Positions 59,997 to 64,000 of a stretch of 64,000 bases of DNA are shown one piece after another (position 1 is the stretch's first letter; every line of letters starts with the position of its first letter). Source of the stretch: Longimicrobiales bacterium (GTDB taxonomy: Bacteria; Gemmatimonadota; Gemmatimonadetes; Longimicrobiales; Gaopeijiaceae); assembly GCA_965226375.1 (NCBI GenBank), contig CBDDCX010000008.1:1056001-1120000 (forward strand), in the 5' to 3' direction. The notes beneath the pieces are model-generated. The model was not told the origin of the DNA, ran no database searches, and worked only from the letters and a program-made list of their open reading frames with translations. The translations under genes and the position numbers were made by a program.

Positions 59997-60506
59997 ATGC
60001 TCAGAGTCGACCTGGGTCGCCTGGAACGGAAGCAATCGCTCCAGGTAGAGGGATTCCTAGAGCCGGATCATCATTCCTTCGAAGGGTGCGGATTCGTACT
60101 TGAGAACCCCATCCACGTGGTGCTGTCGGCCTCGTGGGCGGGTTCGGGTGAAGTCGTTTTACGAGGGACCCTCGAGGGCTCCGTCGTGCAGAGTTGCCGA
60201 CGCTGCCTCGAACCGGTCGAGCGGGCGGTGAATAGTGACATCACCATGGTCTTCGCCTCTTCTGAGCTGCTGTACGACGACGACGACGAAACGCGCCGCA
60301 TCGAGCGGGGCGAGCGTGAGATCGACGTGGGGTCGCATGTTCGCGACGAGTTGATTCTGTTGGTGCCGAGGTACGTGGAGTGCCGCACGGACTGCATGGG
60401 CTTGTGCGCGGGATGCGGGGCGAACCTGAACGAGGCAGAATGCCAGTGCTCGACGGAGGGCATGGATCCGAGATGGGATGCCCTTCGAGCACTCAAGAAC
60501 GAGTGA
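59997..60506 (+). CDS. yceD: DUF177/YceD family protein
   Basis: CRRCL, CRTDCMGLCAGCG, DPRWDAL; upstream of rpmF. Confidence 0.9.
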   Translation: MLRVDLGRLERKQSLQVEGFLEPDHHSFEGCGFVLENPIHVVLSASWAGSGEVVLRGTLEGSVVQSCRRCLEPVERAVNSDITMVFASSELLYDDDDETRRIERGEREIDVGSHVRDELILLVPRYVECRTDCMGLCAGCGANLNEAECQCSTEGMDPRWDALRALKNE

Positions 60507-60514
60507 GTTGAGAG

Positions 60515-60697
60515 ATGGCTGTTCCAAAGAAAAAGATCTCGAAGCAGCGCAAGCGTAAGCGCCGTACCCATTACAAAGCGGAGCCAGTGGTGACGAACAC
60601 CTGCTCGCGCTGCGGGGATCCCAAGGTCCCACACCGGGTGTGCCCGAGTTGCGGGTACTACGGGGGTGAGCAGGTGATCGAGCCGGATCTGGACTGA
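60515..60697 (+). CDS. rpmF: 50S ribosomal protein L32 (Zn-binding form)
   Basis: MAVPKKKISK, CSRC, HRVCPSCGYY. Confidence 0.97.
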   Translation: MAVPKKKISKQRKRKRRTHYKAEPVVTNTCSRCGDPKVPHRVCPSCGYYGGEQVIEPDLD

Positions 60698-60722
60698 TCC
60701 CCCAGCGACGAAATCGATAGAG

Positions 60723-61718
60723 GTGCGGATCGCTCTGGATGCCATGGGCACCGACGAGGCGCCGGCCGTTGAGGTCGCCGGGGCCGTCAGTGCTCTCCAG
60801 GATCCCGAATCTGACTTCGAAATTCTCCTGGTCGGAGATCGCGATACGCTAGAGGCCGAGTTGGAGCTTCATCAGGATTTTCCCGAGGACCGCCTGACCA
60901 TCGTCCACGCCCCGGACCGGGTCCTGCCGGGCGAACCGCCGTCAACCGTCCTCCGCCGCAAGCCCGAATCTTCCATCGCCATCGGCGTAGGCCTCCATAA
61001 GCGTGGAGAAGCCGACGCCTTTATCAGCGCCGGATCGACAGGTGCGGTCATGGCGGCGTCCCTCATCCTCCTCCGCCCTTTACGAGGTGTGGATCGCCCG
61101 GCTATCGGCACCATCATTCCTACGGCCAAGGGACCGCTACTTCTGCTGGACGCCGGTGCCAACGTAGACTGTAAGCCGCACCAGCTGATCCAGTTCGCGC
61201 ACTTGGGAAAGGTCTACGCCCAGGATCTCATGGACATCGCCAGCCCGCGAGTCGGTCTTCTGAACATCGGCGAAGAGCCGAAGAAGGGTGATGAGTTGGC
61301 CGTCGCGACGTATCGCGGCCTTGCAGAGAGCGGTCTCAACTTTGTCGGCAACATCGAAGGCCGTGGGATCGTCGAGGGGGCCTGCGATGTCTTGGTGTGC
61401 GACGGATTTGTCGGAAACGTGCTCCTCAAGTTCTACGAGTCCGTGTCGAGCTTCATCGTGAGCCTTCTCACGAACGCCCTCGGAGAGATCCAGGCGAACC
61501 ACAACCTGGACGAAGTGTTCCGTCTGCTCGACTATACCGAAACGGGTGGCGCGCCCCTCCTCGGCGTCAACGGGATTCCGATCATCTGCCACGGAGGATC
61601 TCCACCCAAGGCGATTCGAAATGCCATCGGCGTGGCGGACAGGGCCGCAAAAGCCTCGATGGTGTCTCACTTCGAGAAGGAGTTCACGATGTCGGTCGTG
61701 GAAGGCGGCAAGGTTTGA
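60723..61718 (+). CDS. plsX: Phosphate acyltransferase
   Basis: IALDAMG, SAGSTGA, LDAGAN, DGFVGNVLLK, HGGS. Confidence 0.96.
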   Translation: MRIALDAMGTDEAPAVEVAGAVSALQDPESDFEILLVGDRDTLEAELELHQDFPEDRLTIVHAPDRVLPGEPPSTVLRRKPESSIAIGVGLHKRGEADAFISAGSTGAVMAASLILLRPLRGVDRPAIGTIIPTAKGPLLLLDAGANVDCKPHQLIQFAHLGKVYAQDLMDIASPRVGLLNIGEEPKKGDELAVATYRGLAESGLNFVGNIEGRGIVEGACDVLVCDGFVGNVLLKFYESVSSFIVSLLTNALGEIQANHNLDEVFRLLDYTETGGAPLLGVNGIPIICHGGSPPKAIRNAIGVADRAAKASMVSHFEKEFTMSVVEGGKV

Positions 61719-62707
61719 AGACGCCGAAGTCCCTGGTTGAGATCGTTTCGACCGGGCGCTACCTGCCGGAGCGTGTCCTCACCAACAAGGATCTCGAGGG
61801 CATAGTGGATACCACAGACGAGTGGATCACCGAACGCACAGGCATCAAGGAGCGGCGCATTGCCGGCGAGGAGGTCAGCGTTGCCAGCATGGGTGATCGG
61901 GCGGCTCGTATGGCCATGAAACGGGCAGGAGTCGAATCGGGAGAAATCGATATTTTGATCCTATCGACGGCCACGCCTGACCGGCTGCTCCCGTCCACGG
62001 CCTGCGACATCCAGGCGTTGCTTGGCGCCGATAACGCGGTGGCGTTCGATATTTCCGCGGCTTGCTCCGGTTGGCTATACGGCCTCACTCTGGCAGAGGG
62101 TTATCTGACCGCCGGTCGTGGGGAAATCGCACTCGTGGTAGCGGCCGAGAAGATGAGCTCCATCGTCGACTGGTCCGATCGTGCCACCTGCGTGCTGTTC
62201 GGAGACGGGGCTGGGGCCGCCGTGGTCCGGAGGTCGGACGGAGTAAGAGGCATTCTGGGCACCCATCACGGTTCGGACGGCAACCTGGCCGCACTCCTCT
62301 ATCGTCCCGGAGGGGGGAACTTGATGCCGATGGACGCCGACGTGCTCGAGAACCGTGATCATCTGGTGAAGATGGCGGGCCGTGAGGTGTTCAAGAATGC
62401 CGTGCGATCCATGGCCGAAGCAGCCAACCTGGCCCTCAAGCAGTCGGGACTCACCTCGGACGATGTCGACCTGATGATCCCACACCAGGCCAACAACCGA
62501 ATCATCGAGGCGACAGCGCGATACTCTGGCATTCCCATGGAAAAGGTCTACGTCAACGTAGACCGCTACGGAAACATGAGCTCGGCTACGATTCCGATTG
62601 CCATGGACGAGGCCGTGGAACAAGGTAGGTTGCTCCCCGACATGAATGTCCTGACCGTGGCCTTCGGAGCCGGCCTCACCTGGGGTGCCCTGGCGCTCCG
62701 CTGGTAG
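61715..62707 (+). CDS. fabH: 3-oxoacyl-ACP synthase III
   Basis: AACSG, LFGDGAGA, PHQAN, GNMSSA; TTG 61715 overlaps plsX stop. Confidence 0.96.
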   Translation: MKTPKSLVEIVSTGRYLPERVLTNKDLEGIVDTTDEWITERTGIKERRIAGEEVSVASMGDRAARMAMKRAGVESGEIDILILSTATPDRLLPSTACDIQALLGADNAVAFDISAACSGWLYGLTLAEGYLTAGRGEIALVVAAEKMSSIVDWSDRATCVLFGDGAGAAVVRRSDGVRGILGTHHGSDGNLAALLYRPGGGNLMPMDADVLENRDHLVKMAGREVFKNAVRSMAEAANLALKQSGLTSDDVDLMIPHQANNRIIEATARYSGIPMEKVYVNVDRYGNMSSATIPIAMDEAVEQGRLLPDMNVLTVAFGAGLTWGALALRW

Positions 62708-62740
62708 ATGCCGCCGCGAACCTGAGAGCGCTCCCGCACC

Positions 62741-63673
62741 ATGTCCCTAGCACTACTATTCCCCGGACAGGGGTCCCAACACGTGGGGATGGGCGGAGCA
62801 CTGGCCCAGGCCTATCCCGTGGCCGCCCAAACTTTTGAAGAGGCCGACGACGTTCTGGGCTTCGGCGTCTCCCGGCTGTGCTGGGAAGGCCCGGAAGAGG
62901 AACTGGTTCTCACCAAGAACGCCCAGCCTGCCATGCTTACACACTCGACCGCCGTATGCCGCGTCGTCGCCGATCGCCTGGGTGACGTCGCCATGGCGGC
63001 GGGTCACTCGCTAGGAGAGTTTTCAGCCCACGTCGCCGCAGGCACACTCAGCTTCGCCGACGGGCTACGCACGGTACGTCTGAGGGGTGAACTCATGTAC
63101 TCGGCCGGACAAGATCGCCCGGGTACCATGGCCGCCATCTTGGGACTGGATGATGACGTTCTTGTGGCGATTTGTAAGAAAGCCAGCGCGGAGGCGGGGA
63201 TCTGCGTTCCGGCTAATTTCAATTCCCGGGGCCAGATCGTGATCAGTGGAGACCTAGCCGGAATCGAGTGCGCCATGGAATTGGCAGTCGATAAAGGCGC
63301 AAAGAGAGTCGTTCAACTGAGTGTGTCGGGTGCCTTCCACTCACCGCTGATGAAGCCGGCCGAGGACGGTCTGCGGCAGCACCTGGAAGAAACCGAATTG
63401 GAAGACCCGCGCTACCCGGTGGTAGCGAACGTGACGGCCGAACCGGTGGCATCCGCGACCGGAGCCAGAGACCTTCTCATACGCCAACTGACCTCGCCCG
63501 TCCGATGGTCCGCATCGGTGGGGCACATGGTGGAGTGCGGGGTAGACGGATTTCTCGAGCTCGGACCGGGCTCCGTGCTGCGAGGGTTGAACCGACGAAA
63601 CGCCAAGGGAATCTCCTGTAGCTCCCTCGGAGAGCCCGATGACTTGGACAACTGGGAAGGTCGGGAAGCTTGA
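62741..63673 (+). CDS. fabD: Malonyl-CoA:ACP transacylase
   Basis: FPGQGSQ, GHSLGE, SGAFHS. Confidence 0.96.
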   Translation: MSLALLFPGQGSQHVGMGGALAQAYPVAAQTFEEADDVLGFGVSRLCWEGPEEELVLTKNAQPAMLTHSTAVCRVVADRLGDVAMAAGHSLGEFSAHVAAGTLSFADGLRTVRLRGELMYSAGQDRPGTMAAILGLDDDVLVAICKKASAEAGICVPANFNSRGQIVISGDLAGIECAMELAVDKGAKRVVQLSVSGAFHSPLMKPAEDGLRQHLEETELEDPRYPVVANVTAEPVASATGARDLLIRQLTSPVRWSASVGHMVECGVDGFLELGPGSVLRGLNRRNAKGISCSSLGEPDDLDNWEGREA

Positions 63674-63675
63674 AC

Positions 63676-64000
63676 ATGAGCGAGTTGAGTGGACAGGTAG
63701 CTCTGGTGACCGGTGGGTCTCGCGGCATCGGTCTGGCGGTGTCGGCGGAGCTGGCTCGAGCTGGATGCACCGTTGCGGTGATCGGTCGAAATGAAGAGGC
63801 GGCCAAGGCGGCCGCGGCTGGCCTGGACGGTGAAGGCCATCGGGCCTACGGATGCGACGTGAGCGACTCTGAAGGCGTGGCCACGGTCGTGAACCAGGTC
63901 ACGGAAGATCTCGGTGCCGTCGACATTCTCGTGAACAACGCCGGCATCACTCGCGACAATCTCTTTATCAGAATGAAGGAAGACGAGTGGGACGATGTCG
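63676..64000 (+). CDS. fabG: 3-oxoacyl-ACP reductase (runs off window end)
   Basis: Manual translation MSELSGQVALVTGGSRGIG...LVNNAGITRDNL. Confidence 0.93.
   Translation, partial: MSELSGQVALVTGGSRGIGLAVSAELARAGCTVAVIGRNEEAAKAAAAGLDGEGHRAYGCDVSDSEGVATVVNQVTEDLGAVDILVNNAGITRDNLFIRMKEDEWDDV

Overview
GC-rich bacterial chromosomal window, probably Gemmatimonadota (inferred from the SusC/SusD pair, stand-alone TonB-plug proteins and gene order). 1-19.6 kb is accessory metabolism and transport: cytochrome c, FGE-sulfatase-family protein, orphan RnfD/NqrB-like protein, DUF5916 protein, Ser/Cys proline-racemase homologue, divergent SHMT homologue, NhaC-family transporter, and susC/susD with an IS256 just upstream. 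19.6-27.2 kb is a decayed island at tRNA-Arg(TCT). Its tyrosine integrase is cut into three pieces, two of them inverted between oppositely oriented IS3 copies, with another IS3-family element nested inside. An IS110 remnant and an integron-type gene cassette with an attC site follow. 27-37 kb holds mixed housekeeping and hypothetical genes, some broken. 37-64 kb is intact core genome: nuoA-N, PMM/PGM, UPF0182, sucCD, ndk, yceD-rpmF-plsX-fabH-fabD-fabG. A CTAG-anchored ~165-bp hairpin repeat family recurs, including inside the nuo operon. All calls are by eye; no searches were run.
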